A stretch of DNA of 64,000 nt, taken from contig NW_026943821.1 in the NCBI RefSeq assembly GCF_035594765.1, positions 17,329,608-17,393,607 on the forward strand, read 5' to 3'. Both the position numbers and the translations under genes were made by a program. Shown here piece by piece: positions 45,064-60,599 of this stretch. The stretch comes from Anolis carolinensis. Taxonomy: Eukaryota. The notes below the pieces were generated by a model that ran no database searches, was not told where the DNA came from, and saw only the letters and a program-made list of their open reading frames with translations. Each line of letters opens with the position of its first letter. The first letter of the stretch is position 1.

Positions 45064-48000
45064 CTAATTGAGGAAGCGGCGGCAACGCTTGGCTCCACAG
45101 TTGCAAGGTAGCTTGCTCCCAGCATCTTCAATGGGGAATTTGTAGTCATAAGTGAGTTCCTCTCCCCGGAAGATCCGCCGCAGGGCAAAGATCACAATAT
45201 GTTTCTGGCCCTCAACATGGATGACACGCGAGTAACAGTTGGGCTCACAAGAGTGGTTGATGAAGCGGGCAGCGTTGCCATGCATTGTAGCATCCACCAC
45301 ATCAAAATCATCAATACGAAACATGTAGCATCCAATGCCCTGCAAGCACAAGGAGATTAAAAGACAAAACTACTTAGGGATCGCAGACAGGGCTTTGAAT
45401 ATGTACTTTAAAAAAAACTGCAATGTTTTGCAATCCAAAAGAACAAATTTCCCAAGCTTTGTCAGCTCTTTCCCCACCAACTTCTGCAAGCCCTGATCCC
45501 ACTTCCCATTATATGAATGGCTCTGTCCTTTCTTGACCATCACTACCTTGCTGTCGTAGTATTTTTCACGCTTGTCTGTAAGCACTGAACGGATAACAAT
45601 GCCTGAGTACTCTATAACCATCTCGCCTGCATCAATGTTGCGCTTGCAGAAGAGACCCCGACCATGTATGGCTGACCTGGAGTAGAGGAAATGTCATAAA
45701 AACTAGACTTGAGCAAGAGAAATGACATAGCAAGCTAAAGGCAAATTGGAGAGCAAAGTAAATAACAATGCTAAATAAGGAATTAGCAAGATCTGGGCTA
45801 TGGTTCAAGGGCTAACACACACAGCGGCTGTCTTGGGTTTGTTACCTGTATACGCCCACAGCTTCCTTTGAGGTCTTCTTCAAATGTCGAAACCGCATTG
45901 CCATGGGAAGCTCTAGGCTGGTGGCTCGCCTAAGAACAGGCCATCAACAAAAAATCTCAAGGTTTCAACTCAGTAAATGAACACTAAATTACTATTGACA
46001 TGAGCACCCAAATCAGAGCCTGGACTGGATTCTGACAAGCCTTTTACATGCCCTCAAATTGTGGAAGTGGTGTCCAGACATCCAGGAGCAACTTCTGCTC
46101 TGATCTGGGGTTTCTGACCAGTATAGACAAGATCTAGTTCTCTACCAAACCAAAAAACAATTTGAGAAATAAACCTGGGAACAGGTTTTCTTAGAACTGG
46201 GACAGGAATGGACAAAGAATTTCAGCAGGAAGTTTTTTTCTCACCCCACATATGAAGAGACACTAAGCCAAGATGGATGATGCAAAGTTTTCCCCAACTC
46301 AAGATATGTCCTCTTACCTGGTGGATTTGAGCTGCACTTCATCTTCCTCTTCATCATAGGGGCCTCCCTCAGGAAGGACACGATGTTGGGAGGCCAGGAA
46401 GTTGAACATATCAAAGGTGCATTTCCTGGAGAAGAAGAGCAGCCAGTCCATATTAAAATGGCCCTGAATTCCTTGTCTATCCCTCCTTCACACACCATCT
46501 GAAACTTACTGAGGGAACTACACAGGGAACTGCTTTGCCACCAACTTCATAAAGAGGGCCCTTTTTCTGCAAATAGTATCTATACCACGATGTATTTTGG
46601 GACTAAAGGTAAAGTATAATCATCATATCCATGAAAGTTACATTCCTTGACTTACTGTGAAAAAGTGAAGCCACGAATAAATAGGAATGACTACAAGTGG
46701 AAACATAACCATGGAATCAAACTGGAGGATCTGGAAAATGTCTAAACAGGAGACCACTAGCATTTCAATGTTCTCCTGTGGTATGACTCTATGTTCATGT
46801 TCAACTTCTGGCAGAAGCATATCATAGAATTGCACTGCAAGAGCTTTTTTGTACATCAGAAAAAGTGAAAGTGCAGGTATGGAGGTCATATTTTCCACAG
46901 GCTAACCAGGAAGCCACATGGCTCTTATGAAAACCATTATTATCTGTTTGTTTTTTTTCAAAAAAGGATGATTATTCCCACCTGGAGTAGACTTCAGCCC
47001 GGGCACAGCCATGTGGGTTGAGGGGCAGCTCCTCCTCCTCGCCTTCATGCTGGTGATAGCGGAATTTGTACTTGTGGCAGGCCTTGGCACCATACAGCTG
47101 TTCCACCAGGAAGATGACAGCATCATGGTGCATTCCCAACATCCGCACACCATTCATTCCTGCCAGAAAAGCAGAGGCTTACAATGCACCTGAGTCCAAG
47201 CTGATTTATCCTACAGGAAGGAATTCAAAGCCCTGGAACACCATCCATAGATTCCCCTGAAGCAGCTATCTTGACTATTTTTAGTGACAGGGATTATTCC
47301 CTTTCACTTTGTCCCAATGCAGTCTGCAGATGATAATGCCATAGAGCAGGTAGAATCCCATATAGCACCTGGCCCATAGGTGGTCCCCACTAGTCAGTTT
47401 GGGGGTGGGGTGGGGAAAGGGAATGTTTGGGGATTTAGTTCTCCTTCCACAAACATGGACACTGTAAATATAGGAAGGCATATTTTCTTCTTGTGCTTCT
47501 TTCTGTCAATCAGGAAGTTTATCTTCTCAGTACCAAGACAAGACAGGGAGAAATGAAAAATGGGCCAGAGGATATTGGGAAGAACTTCAGACAATTATCA
47601 CACCTTTACCATCCAACCTGCTAGCCTGGGCATATGGGATCATTAACTCTAACGTCTGAGACCACTCTCCAGCTCTGTCTTTGATGTTGGCCTAGGAAGC
47701 ACTAACCAGTCTCCAACCCAACACACAACTATTTCTCACCTGCAAAGGACAAATGCTTGAGCCGGGCATTAGTGCGGGCCTCCTGAACCTTCTCAATCAC
47801 AGCTTTCCAGGCACCTGAATTAGACACACCAAAAGTTATATACCCAGAAATCATCTGAACTGTGCATCAAGGAGACACAGAGTGCTGTTGTTCTCCAGAG
47901 ACTCTTTAAAGGTTTACTAATTCAGCTGTAGCATTGTGGTAGCCATCTATATCATTTTATGTGTGGCACTCCTGTTGTAGCATCACAGCAATTGTAGCAA

Positions 48001-51000
48001 CCCACCGCCCCTTCCTAGCCATGTAGACTACTCCTCACCATCGATTGTAGCGGCTTGCACATTCAACCCATCCTCATTGGTGATCTCGAAACATAGGTGG
48101 GGCTGTGTTTTGCGAGGTATCTCATTCTCTTTGTCCTCCAGGTGCTGGTTGTCCTCATCAGAACTGGAAAGTTCCCCTGGGGGCAAAAAAAAAGACAAGG
48201 ATGGTCAAGTCTTTCAACTCTGCTATCTGGTCAGTTAGTGTGAAGGGGCCTGGCTTTCTTTTAGGGGAGGAAACTGTAAGGAAGGGGGTAGAGACTTTTA
48301 ACAGCAGAACCAAACCACTTTTGAAGAGAAATCAACTGGGTTACCAATGATGCTGAAGAAAGGCTCTTAGGATGAGTGGATGAAGTTGAGGCTTTGCGGT
48401 AGGGCATGTAGGTACTTTTTATCCTTAGATACATTATTAATTTAGTGTTCATGCAGCTCACCCCTGTTAGATTGCTTCTTGATTTTGTGTTATACTGTAT
48501 ATTTTATCAGTTGTTTTGGTTAATTGTATTTTGATATGTTTTTATGTTGTTTTATATTGTATTGTCCTGGGCAGGGCCCCATGTAAGCCGCCCCGAGTCC
48601 CTTTGGGGAGATGGTGGCGGGGTATAAATAAAGTTTAATTATTATTATAATATTATTATTATTAGCTTATACTCTTGATATTGGGGCCACAACTTCTAGC
48701 TAAACAATGACAATCCCATTCCGAACATGAAGAAGAGTAAGCTGACACTCCTGTACCTGCATATCTATGCCATGCTGGTTCCAAGAGAAGCTCTTGGTTC
48801 TGCTCCGGGCTTCCAGGATGGGAGTGCAATGGCACCAGGGACGGGCAATGCTCCATTGGGGAACTGCAGAGATGCAAAGGGAAAAGTTACAAGCCATACT
48901 AAGCCGTTTATTAATTAGTATTTGTAAAGTTCTTGATATAGTAAAATTCCTTTAAGTGTTTCTCAACAAATTTTACATTTTATATGTAGAAAAGCAAAGA
49001 AAAGGTTTTTTAAAAATAAGAAACACTTTACTATCATTAAGTAGAAAGAAATAAAATAGTGCTTATCAGAAATAGACTAATTCTCATCATGAACAGTTTT
49101 GTTTTCACCAGGCATTTAAATAGCCTCAGAAAGGAGCTTCTGGAGCCCCAATCTGACACTTACTGATCACTGCCGCTGACGTCTGCCTCTTCTTTGAGTG
49201 CATCCAGGTCTAGAACACCCTTTGTTGTGGGAGTTTTCATCCGCACCCTCCCGATGCTGCAGATCCAAAGGTTCAAGTTAATGTGGGCATGCAGACAAAC
49301 AAACAGGATGATCCCAAAGGCATGGATACCAAGTTGGCTTGCTCCAGAAACTAATGCAGACACAGCCTGGTATATAGTTACTTTTTGCCACACAGTTGTA
49401 AAAACCCAAATGAGGCAATTGCTTATTTAGAGTTTAGCATAGTTTGCTGCACCTCCTCCTCTATCCGGCCTACTTATTTAGTAGGCCGGATAGATTCGGT
49501 ACAGTTTGAAATATATTTTATCAAGTGGGATGAAAAATCTGTTTGGATGCTCCACTCTAAGTGAAAACCTAATTCAAAATAATTATTTAATTTCCCAATT
49601 TGGCCCCTTGCAATGTGAAAAGAGTAGCAACTATAGCAATAAAACACAACATTAAAAATCCAGTAGCACCTTAGAGACAACCTGGAAAGAAAAAAATTAT
49701 AGCATTAAGTTTCATGAGCACAGTCCACCTCGTTGAATACAGTAGACCTTGTATGTGTACTGTGTCCACAAAAACAGCTACAATGTCTTAGTTTCAAATG
49801 TGCTACTGTATTCCTTTATGATCAACAGACTAGCACAGCTATCACAGCTTAAGCAGCTGAGGATGAAAAGGAAGGGGCCCGCGGCTGTGAGGAATTATGG
49901 GAGTTGAAGTTCAAAACACCTGGAGGGCCAAACTTTGCCCATGAAATCTGGCAAACAGCACACATTATTCTCATAAAATCTCATGCAGATGTCGGGATTT
50001 TGCAGCCACGCCTTCCTCAAGGCGCAGCAAGGTTAAGGACAATTCCCCCAGCTTTCAGCTGCAGCCATTTCTTTGTCGGCTTGCCCACAACCATCTACAA
50101 GACCGATCAAGAGTTAAAGATTTAACCACTATAAAGTAATTTTAGAACAAAATTGGTTTACTTCTGCTTTTTAAAGAAAACTTTTGTATTATGAAATTGG
50201 GAGTGGGGCAATCGGTGATATCCTTACCCAGAGGCTACAGTACTGCCAGAAATGCAGTTATTAGTCAAGTGATCAGGAGTTGCTGTGGGCGACATGGGTA
50301 ATGGCTCCTCTTCATTGACTCCATCCATTTTCACCTTCTTGACAGGAACGTTTCCTACAAAGGTGGAGACCCTCTTAACCCGGATGGCTGGGCGGGGACC
50401 AGGCAAAGACACCAAACCAGGAATGCTCAGCACACCAGAATTCATAGTCACAGGCTGGAGGAGACAGGTCTGCTGGAGCCCAAGGGAGGGAGTAACCAGA
50501 GCTGGGGCGCTCAGTGCCAACTGCCCACCACCAAGAGCCTGAGGAGTAGTGCCCACCACATTCACCATTGGGACCATGCTGATCACTGGGCCTCGAATAG
50601 TCCAAGTAGGCAAAGGGTTTGGATTCAGGCCCAAAGGTGCCCGTAAAATGACTGTGCCAAGGCTGGGTGCAGGGGTGGGTGCAGGCAGTGGTGCTGGTAT
50701 GGAGTTCGGTTTTGCATCACAGCTGGATGCCTGCTCCCCATCTTGAGAGTTCAGGATGTCTTCTTCACTCTGCACTTTGACACACACCTGTCCCAGCTTA
50801 TTCACAAGAATGATTCTGGAGCCAGGCTTTTGCCCTTCAGGTCCCAGCATTCTTACCTCAGGGGCGCCTGGCACCTGAGCACAACTAAGGGTTAGGGTTG
50901 GGGTCAAATCTGGGGCAGGGGTGGGATGGGCCGATTCAGTGCCATTGAAGCTGGTGGAGGTAGCAGGTGCTGGAGGCATCGGCATCTGATTGAGGCAGGA

Positions 51001-51885
51001 AGGCAGTGGAGCTTTACTCTCAGGAGTATCCATGTTCTTTAGTACAAAGTCCACAATATCAGAAGGCAAGTCCTCAGGAGCAGGAGCAGGTCCAGCCAGC
51101 TCTCGCTCCACCCTTGGCTCAGCCTGTTTGCCCTTGGCAGACGGATGCCCCCCAGCTGAATCTGCTTCACTGTCGGTACCATCGTCTATCCCATCCAGCT
51201 GGTTAATGTGAGGCAAGGGGAGGTCCAGAGGGTATGGCGGAAGGGGTGACTCCCGTGTCACCACTGTGCGTGGGAAGCGAAAGTAGCGGCTCTCCTCTCC
51301 TTCCTCCTCACTCTCGGCATCACCTAACCCATCCAACTGGGGCAGGCCCAGCCCAGGAGAGGATGGGCACATCCGTGTCACTCCCAGCTCCTCTTCCTGG
51401 AATGGCTCATCCAGGAGGCTGTCGTCAAATTCCAGGTCAGAGACGTTGAGCTCAAAAGCCAGCTCTGGTGGCACAGGTGGGGGTGAGGGAGGGGGTGAGG
51501 TAAGCGAGGGCCGCTGCCCATCAGAGGTAGAATTTTGCCTGAATCCGTTCCCAGTTGTGGGGTTGTCTGGGAGGAGAGGCATTGCCCTGAGAGAGGTGCT
51601 GGCGGGACTAGTCCTGTTAGCCATGGTTTGAGGTGGAAATGAGGACCGGTGGGTACGGTGGGCACTGCTAGGGGACAGGGGGCTGAGGCGCTGAGTGCGG
51701 CGCGGAGGAGGGAAGTCTGGATCGCCCACAGTCAAGATATGATGAGACATGGAAGATGCACTCCCTGCAGAAACAGAAGGGAAAAAAAATAAAATGGTGC
51801 ATCAGGACACTGACTGGCTGTAACTGATTGTAGTGGCTATGCAAGGCATGAAAGCAGGCATCTTGTTGGGGATGCACTGCCATAC

Positions 51886-51933
<48 letters not shown>

Positions 51934-54900
51934 TTTATTTTTATACCCCGCCCCATCTCCCCGAAGGGACTTGGGGCGGCTTACATGGGGCCTTGCCTGA
52001 TAAAACAATCAAATATCAAAACAGCAATAAAACAGTTATCCAATAAAAACATCAATTACAGTAAAAAACAATCATTAAAATCAACATAAAACATACAATA
52101 TTAACACTGGAGACTAATTCATAGAACCCAGGCAACGTGCAACAATACTGATATGATATGAACTATTTGAGTCTAATTTCACAGAGATTACTGGGGGCCA
52201 CTGGTGCTTGGGACCAGAGACAAAAGGGTAGGAGAAAAAAATCCTAATATCATTTAGCTCAAAAATGTTATTGCATTTTTATCTTTGTTTTTATGTTCTC
52301 AAATGTAATGGTATTTGCATATGATAATCTGTTGAATTTTATTTCGACTTTTTATCATCTATTTTTTAAGTCTATCTTGTTTCCATTTTGCTGTAAGCTG
52401 CCTTTGGTCCTATTCCAGAAGACAAGTACAAGAGAAATTCCAAAACATTATATATAATTAAACCTTATGAGAGGCATCTTCAGCCTTTGAGAGTGGGAAA
52501 ATATTAATTCAACAGGTGGGATGCCAAGCAACACCAGTGAAGTCCAAGGGATAAGATAAGCCCAAAGATTCCCCACCTTTCTTCTACAAAAAGCACCCAC
52601 TTAAAGTACACACCAGGGGATGGCAGTGGACGGGATGACACGCCGCTGATGGGCCTCCGAGTAGGGGAGTAGTTGGGCACTTTGATGCGAGCTCCGGTAA
52701 GAGATTTAGGCTTGGTGACAGCAGCTTCTGGGTGCGGCAGAGACCCTGGGTTCTGTATAGGAGAGTGATGCTCTGGGGGAGGCATGGAAGTGGACACATC
52801 CTTAAGGTGCTTTTCTTCTATGCTTGAATCTAGAAATGACAGCATGAACATCAGAGACAGAACAAGAGTAGTGGCCAGAGCCTGTGGTCCTTGTTGTCCA
52901 GGCCACATGCTTTGAAAGCAACCCCTTAGCTGTGCTATCTCCCAAGTTGCCACATCATATAAAGGAGGTATGACATGATCCATTCCCAAAGCAGCACTTT
53001 CCTAAAAGGGCTGATCAACATTACCTGCAGGGACAGTAGGACTGTGGACAATAGTGTGGTTCTCTTCCTGCACTCCTGATGCATCTGGCTCCTCCTGGCT
53101 TTGCTTTGGCCGATACTCTAAGACACGACACTTATACCAGCATCGCCTGCGGGCGTCCACAGTACTCCAATACATCCGGGAACACCTCAAAAGAAAACAA
53201 TCTTGCCTTACTAGTGTGGCACTCAGACAACTATGTAGCTATTTGCTCTAAGTGACTGGTTCTCAGTCTCTGTCTCTCTTTTGTTGGCTTCCACTTCCAT
53301 ATTCCATAACCACTGGCCATGCTGGCTGGAGTAAATGCCAGTGCAAAACATCTGTAGGATTAAATGGTGAGATCTATTCTAACTAATCTGACAATCAGGA
53401 CATCTATCTCTGTTCTGGAGGAAAAATACTATGGGATATTGCATTTAGGTCAATGTCCTATAGCCTGTTGTCTCCATGACTACATTAGCCACCATGGCTC
53501 TTCAGTTTTTCACAAAGTGCAAGCAGGTCATCCTAGAAGGTTACTGATGGAGTACTTTAAATTTGGCACCAAGGTTTGGGTGTCAAGATGACTGCACTCT
53601 GAAACAAAGGTAAATGCCAAGTGCAAGTAAAAACTCCTTTACTGGTGATACTACAGTGTCTTATTCAGATTCCTTAGACAGGGTCTTCTTGCCTCTCTGC
53701 ACTTACGCAGATTATCAAGGTTTTCAAAGAGAATCTGCACAGCAGCTGATGAAGCCAAGTGCTATCCTTCTGCATGGATTAGCAGAGAATTTGAAAGTAA
53801 GCTGGTATGGAAAGAAGGCTCCAGGCCTACCAACTACTTGATATTTTTGCATGAAATGTGCATATATAATATAGTTCCCAAATGAAGATCCCAAGACATC
53901 AATAAAGGATGAAACCAGTTATTTTAGAAGCTGATACTCACTGGTAGCCTACAGGAAAGAGGCGTCCCTCACATTCCGACAAGTCTGTCAGCATTCCCAA
54001 ACTGTCTATCTTCATAGAACCTGAAATTGATATATTCAGAATGAGCTGAGAGGCATCTACTCTCTGGAAATGATCCACAGCTGAGGCAAAGGGGGAGGCA
54101 ACTGCACAATGTGGTGCATTTTGGGTGCCAGCAAGATTATATAGACAGAACGCATAGGCAGTGTCTGACTTACTGGGCACAAAAACTCTGATGAGTTGTG
54201 CAGTGTGAAGTTTTGGAGAATGACCCCGTGAGTGGTGTCCCATTATAATTAATGCAGGACTAGACAACCTGGTGACCTCTACAGTTTTGGGGGCACACCT
54301 CCCACAAACCCCATACTACAGGACCAATGGTCAGGAATAACAGCAGTTGTAGTCCAAAGCATTTGGAGAGTACCAGGCTGCCTACTCCTGAATGTATGTG
54401 GGGAGGAGAAGGGGAAGCTATTTGGATTTTCTGCTTCGGGTACTACCATTTATTTGCTAGCCTTTCTGGCAGCTGTTATAGAGTAGGCACAAACAAATGA
54501 AACTGCCTTATACAGAGTCAGACCATGATTTCATCTAGCTTTATAGTCTAGACTGACTGGCCATAGCTCTCCAGAGTCTCAGGCAGGGGATTTTCCCAGC
54601 CCTACCTGGAGACGCTGGGGACTGAACCTGGGACTTTCTGCATGCAAATCACGTGCTCTACCACTGAGCTACAGTCTTTCCTGTAAAAAGAACACAAGAA
54701 GCTGTCATCTAGCAAGTCAGACCATTAGTCCATCTACCTCTCTATGGTGACAGGCTCTCAGTATTACCTGAAGAAGTCAGGAAATGAACTTAGGGCTTTC
54801 TCCATGCAAACGGAATGCTATACTTCTCAGCCACAGCTAAGATTAGCTTCCCATGAGACATTCTGGTAACAGACTGTACTCCCCCTCCCATCTACCACCT

Positions 54901-57900
54901 GTCAAGTTCCTCTGATTGGCTGTAATACCTGCTGCCTATCCCTCCATGTATTGTTGCCTGTTGGAACTCAACAGTACTCTGCAAAAGTTTATAAAAGTTT
55001 AAGAAATGATGAGTGAGCTGGCAGAGAAAGCTGCTCTGAGTCCCCTTCAGGGTTGAGATAGAGTGGGGTAAAATACAGTAAACAAATAAAGCCCTTCCCC
55101 TATTTGTCTGCCTCTCTCTTGCTATTCTGTTTGTTAGAATGATACTTCTCAGGGACGTGCCTTTTTTATTTAAAGTTTCTGACTCTTCCATTTTGTTATT
55201 TTCCTATGAGCATGGAGAGAGACAAGACGTCTACAGAAAGATAGTTAGATAGCTAGGCCCTAATTTTCCTATATAGAAATGTAGTTATTTCAGTGAAGTC
55301 CTTTGTAACTTCTAAAGCTTGGATGCTCCTGTAATTGCTGAAGCTCATTCGCTCAACTGCTATGATCTGCTAAACTGCTGCTGTTGCTTCTTTGCCATTT
55401 TTAAACGCTTTTTCCTTTTGAAATTGCCCAGCCTTGCTATACCATGTCCAAAGCATTACTCTGAGGGATCCATCAGGGTAAGGTGACCTGTGCTGCCAAG
55501 TCATCTGGCAGACTACAACTCTTTTCATCCCACCCCAAAATTACCTATCATCATGTTGATGATGTCTGGCTCTAGGCCCACCATGAATTTCCTCTTAAAG
55601 CTGATGCCCTCAAAGTCAACGTAGACACGGCGCAGGACATCAAACCCATCGTCAGCAACGATTTCCTAAAGGACAAACAATGTGATTGAGGACTTGGCTT
55701 GACCATGACCAAGAGTTACTTTTTTGTAGTAGCCACGTCTCCCTATTTTAAAATATCAACAGGAAATTTGGACATCAAAATTTTGGAGTGGAAGAAGTGG
55801 AAATCAGAACTCTAGCTTCCAAATATGTCACTCACTAGCCATAATCCACTCGCCTCAGGAGACAAACAAAAGCCCCGCCATCCTCTCCCTCTGCGTCTCC
55901 CACAACTCTTACCGTCCCATCAAGAAGATCGACATGCTTCTGGCAGAAGACTTTCTTATCATCCTGGAAAGTGCACTGACGAAGACGCGCACACATGAAG
56001 TGGTAGTTGCTGAGACATGCAGAAAGGCAGCAGCCAACTGTGGCCCCAGTGCGTTGACAGTGTTCACAGCGCTAAAGGAAGGGAAAGACATGTCAAGCAA
56101 GCGGTAAGAATTTCTGTATCCCTCCTTAGTTTAATAATACACAATTCTGCCATTTTACTTATGTTACTCAATGTTCTCCTAACCACACTATCCTTCGCAG
56201 CAAAGTATAAATATTAATTGATTCTTTTTAAACACGTATTTGTGTGGCTCCACTGGTTACATTGAGAGCTTTGCATCAGGATCCCTGATCTATAGAAACA
56301 GTGGTAGGATTGTGTTAACGAAAGAACCATGATACACTGCGCCCCATGCACAACTATGTTACAGGTGGCTCTGATTAGATGACCTTGGGGTTCATATCAA
56401 GAAGCAACCAATGTCTGCCCATTCTAACTCTGTGTGCTGGTTGAATCAGCTATGGAACGCTGATTGAGGTCAGTAAAGTACTGTAGTCTGGGTTTTATAG
56501 CTATTTGTTATCATGAATATCATAATTCACCACATAATTGTTACCATCACATATATTTTCTTTATCCGTAGATTTTCATAAATCTTGCCTCTTTGTTGTT
56601 TTTGTTTGAAATTTCCCAATGATGTCATGACAGCCACTGCGATCCAATCTGATACTTCTCAGAGATAGCACCTACTCACCATTTGTCGACCTCGGGCCAC
56701 AGCAGCATGTACATTCTTGAGGGAGCCATCATTCTCCTCAAAGACCTCAGCTGACCAGATAGCACAGTTGACATGCGTCCATTCATTTTGGCCAATGTAC
56801 AGTAGCCTTCCAGCATCCTGGAAGGAGGCCAAAAACTTGTGTTAAGAAGAGGAACCAACAAGGACGCTGCATGAGATGTGAACCCCATTCTTCCTGAAAC
56901 AAGGCAGTACTCAACTGAACATTTAAACTCACCTTCTTCCTGCTCCAGAACTGAAGGTGAACAAGCTGAGGTCACCAGCCTCTTCCCCTATTTCTGATGC
57001 CACTTCTCCAGGAGAGAGAAGTGAATACCAATACCCAGTGGGATGGACCCTTTTTGTCAGTAATTACTACTACATTTCTTTGATTCTAAGATGCCACTGA
57101 TTGTAATTTCAACACCACCAACAGAAAAAAGATTTATTCACATGTATAAAAACATCCACAATTCCAAAACTAACCCCATTTTTAGAGAATTGAAAAAATA
57201 AAGTGATTATTTTAAATTATAATCTATGATTACTAATTATCATAGCTCTATGCTAGTTCCAGGATCAGAAACAGTATGCCTCCAAATACCCATTGATGGG
57301 AATCAAAAGTAGGAGAGGGCTCTTGTCTTTAAGGCCTCCTGGTTGAGAAAGGCATCCGGCTGGCTACTGTAGAAAAACAGTATGTTGGACTACATCCAGG
57401 GCCGTAGCCAGAAAAAAATTTCGGGAGGGGTTTTGAAAATTTCGGGGGGGGGGGGGGGTTAACCCCTAGCACACACCCCTCCCCGCTACAAACCTGTCAA
57501 TATCTGCTTGAAATAGTGCCTGGAGGGACTCTTAATGTTTTGTGTCTCATAGACTTAGCATGGGGATTTGGTTAACCAGTTAAAATTCATGAGTAAACCA
57601 GGTTTTTTTTATAACCTGAAAAATTTCGGGGGGGGGGGGGGCTGAACCCCTAAACCCCCCCCCTCGCTACAGGCCTGACTACATCTATCCCAAGATGCAT
57701 GCAATGAAATACAGCAGAGCTCTTACCTTCTTAATAGAGCCTACTCTTACCTTGGAGGGAGCATCACCATACTGGAGACATAGAGCACATTGTCTCTTAT
57801 CCTCCGAGTCAGCCAACGGCTCCTGTGGTGAGGCATCTGCATCTTTAGGAGCTACAGCGAAAGAAAGAATGGAACAGAGACACTAAGCTGTAGCTACTGC

Positions 57901-60534
57901 AGGGCAAGAAGCTCCATAAATAGCCATCCAAGAAAGTATTCTAGAAAAGAGATCTTTCACACAGGGAGAATCCAAAAAGACTGAGGTAACACAAAGTGAT
58001 ATACCTCAAACAGGGGTTCTTTTACACTATATAGTTGTCATGTTTCCACTTTAACTTCCATGGCTCCATCCTAGGGAATTCTGACACTGCAATTTGGGAA
58101 GGGGCAGTGAGAGAACTCCAAGTTACAAACTCCAGGATTCCATAGGATGAGAGGAAATACACAATCTAGTGTGAAAATCGTGTAGTGTGAACCCCAAGGA
58201 GTCGCTGCTGGCCAGTGTACCTCAGAAGCTGAATGACAGCTCCCAATATTCCTCACAACTGGTGGTCTGCTGCCAATTAGAGTTCAACAAGATATGGGGA
58301 CCACAAGTTTCTCATCCCTGGTACGAATAATGCTAGTTGGGATAGACCACAGGTCTGATTCAGTGGTGTTATTACATTCACAATGAGTAGAAATGCAACA
58401 GCCAAAGCCCTCCTTGACAAATATAAGCTCCAAGGTAATCTTTATGTACTAAAATGCCCACTTCTCCAGAAGACCTTTTTTCGCAGAGCCTTACCTATCT
58501 TTTCAGGACCACTCAAAGTCAAATGACTCTTAGTAACTGGGTTGGTCTCCTCAGGCTGCCTCCACTGAGCATAGATGTGGTCAGAGGAGGGAGGCAGGAC
58601 AGCATTGGGAAGCATGCCACTGTTGGAGGAGCAAAAGAAAAGGGACATCAGATGCTGCAGAGATTATTCCAAAGCATTTCACTCTAAGGGAGCAGCTATT
58701 TCCATTACATAGCCCAACCCAAAAACCTTTTTCTTGATGTTTTGATTTTTAGGCCTGTTCCTGGGGTTATTTGGGGCACTGATTGAGAAAATTGCATTGG
58801 ATGGTCTGCTTCAGCTCTAGTTTCCTAGATATGATTGTCATGATTTTTTATAGGTGAGCAGAAGATGACTGATGGATGACATATGTTCTGTATATGAAAG
58901 CTGAAAGGGGAAAATCAGTGCCATTTTGGAATCAGCAGGTCAAATAGGCCTAGAAATAAGTCTAACATTTGAGGCACCAAAATGTGTGTTGGACAGCGTC
59001 ATCAGAAAAAATAAAATAATTTCTTTGCAGCCATCTTCCTTCATACTTGTGCTTTCCTGTTCACAAAACTTCAAGGTTCTCTTGAGAAAGAGACCGAGGA
59101 AAGGTAAGCCAGGGCAATAGTAGTAATGGCCCGAAGCCAGGAATTGAACTTTAAGGGGCTGGGGGAAGGACAGAGCCAGAAATCATTTGAACATGCAGTT
59201 TGGTAAAGATGCATTTAGCCTCTTGATACCAAGAGATCAACTGTATTTGATCTCCCGTCTATTGGTCTCACACTCAACAACAACTCACCCTACAAGATTA
59301 TTTCAAAGATACAGATTGAGCTACAAATGTTGCAAATAAGAATAAAAAACAATGGGCTGAGTATACTATGTTCCCTTGACATAAGCAAGCTCTATTCTAT
59401 TCTGTTGTAGTAGTTGATATTTTTTAGCAAAATAGCCTATATAGTTTTTATATCAAGAGGTTTGCCACGAAGCACAGAGGAGTGTTTTCTTAGTACTCAA
59501 ACTCCTCTGCAAAAGCTCACTAATTCTTGTAGGAAGTACCATACTTCTATTTACTCTTATTTGTTAATTCTCTTTACATCCCACTTGTCTCCTAACAAAA
59601 CACCCAGAACGTTATAGATAGAAAGTCGCATACAAATTCCAGTACACTTGGAGTCTCAGACCTCCCTGTCCTCTGCTTAAACCACATTGCAGTGCTTTTC
59701 AGCCTGGACCTTAGTTTCAGCCTCTGAACACTCACTTGGGAAGGGTGGTGTTGCGTATCCAGTGCTTTTCATCCTGAGCATCAAACCAGCTGAAGAACTT
59801 TCCCATTAGCTGGAAGGAGAAAAAAGACAAATCATATCATCACTATAGCTGAAGAGGTGGTATTCCACAGTACATATCCACAAGTGTACATGCAAACATG
59901 TGTGCACATAGTCCTGCTTCCATTTCCCAATCAAGTCAGCTTTGGACCAAGTTAACCCCGCCCGGGACCCATGCCACCAATCCATATCATACAGAGTACC
60001 TCAATATAGAGTGCCTTTGCAAGAAGGCTGTTCTGCTGATCTTCTGTTTGCCCCAAAAGGACTCCTACCATGTCCTCATTGAAGCTGTGCTGCAGAGAGA
60101 GAAAGAAGCTAAGCAGAGGGCAGAAGCTAAGCTTCTATTTACCAGCTTCGCCTTGGAACCTGTTCCCAACACTCACCACAGATGAGTAGTGACCTTGTTC
60201 AAAAAGCTTGTTGACCGTGCACAGGTCACAGGGCCGCAGATGAACCCTCACACCATCATCTGGGCAACACTGGAAAAGAAGCAGAGAGAGAAGAAGAATG
60301 GAGTGAGAAGATCTATTCTAGTCTGAATTCCATTGCAGAGTCCCTTCCACCAGTCACAGAGACTAGTTGGGTAGTAAAACACAAAAGAGGATGTTATGTT
60401 AGCACGCCTTGCCATGGCAGTATCTAGAATATATAACATTTTCCTCTAAGGCACATGTATCAAACTCAAGGTCCACAGACAGAATCTGGTCCACGATGTC
60501 ATTTCATGTGGCAGCCCTTTGAAGGCAGCCATTA

Positions 60535-60599
<65 letters not shown>

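Noticed and set aside
54610-54680. tRNA gene
   Set aside because: Imperfect cloverleaf continuing into a SINE body
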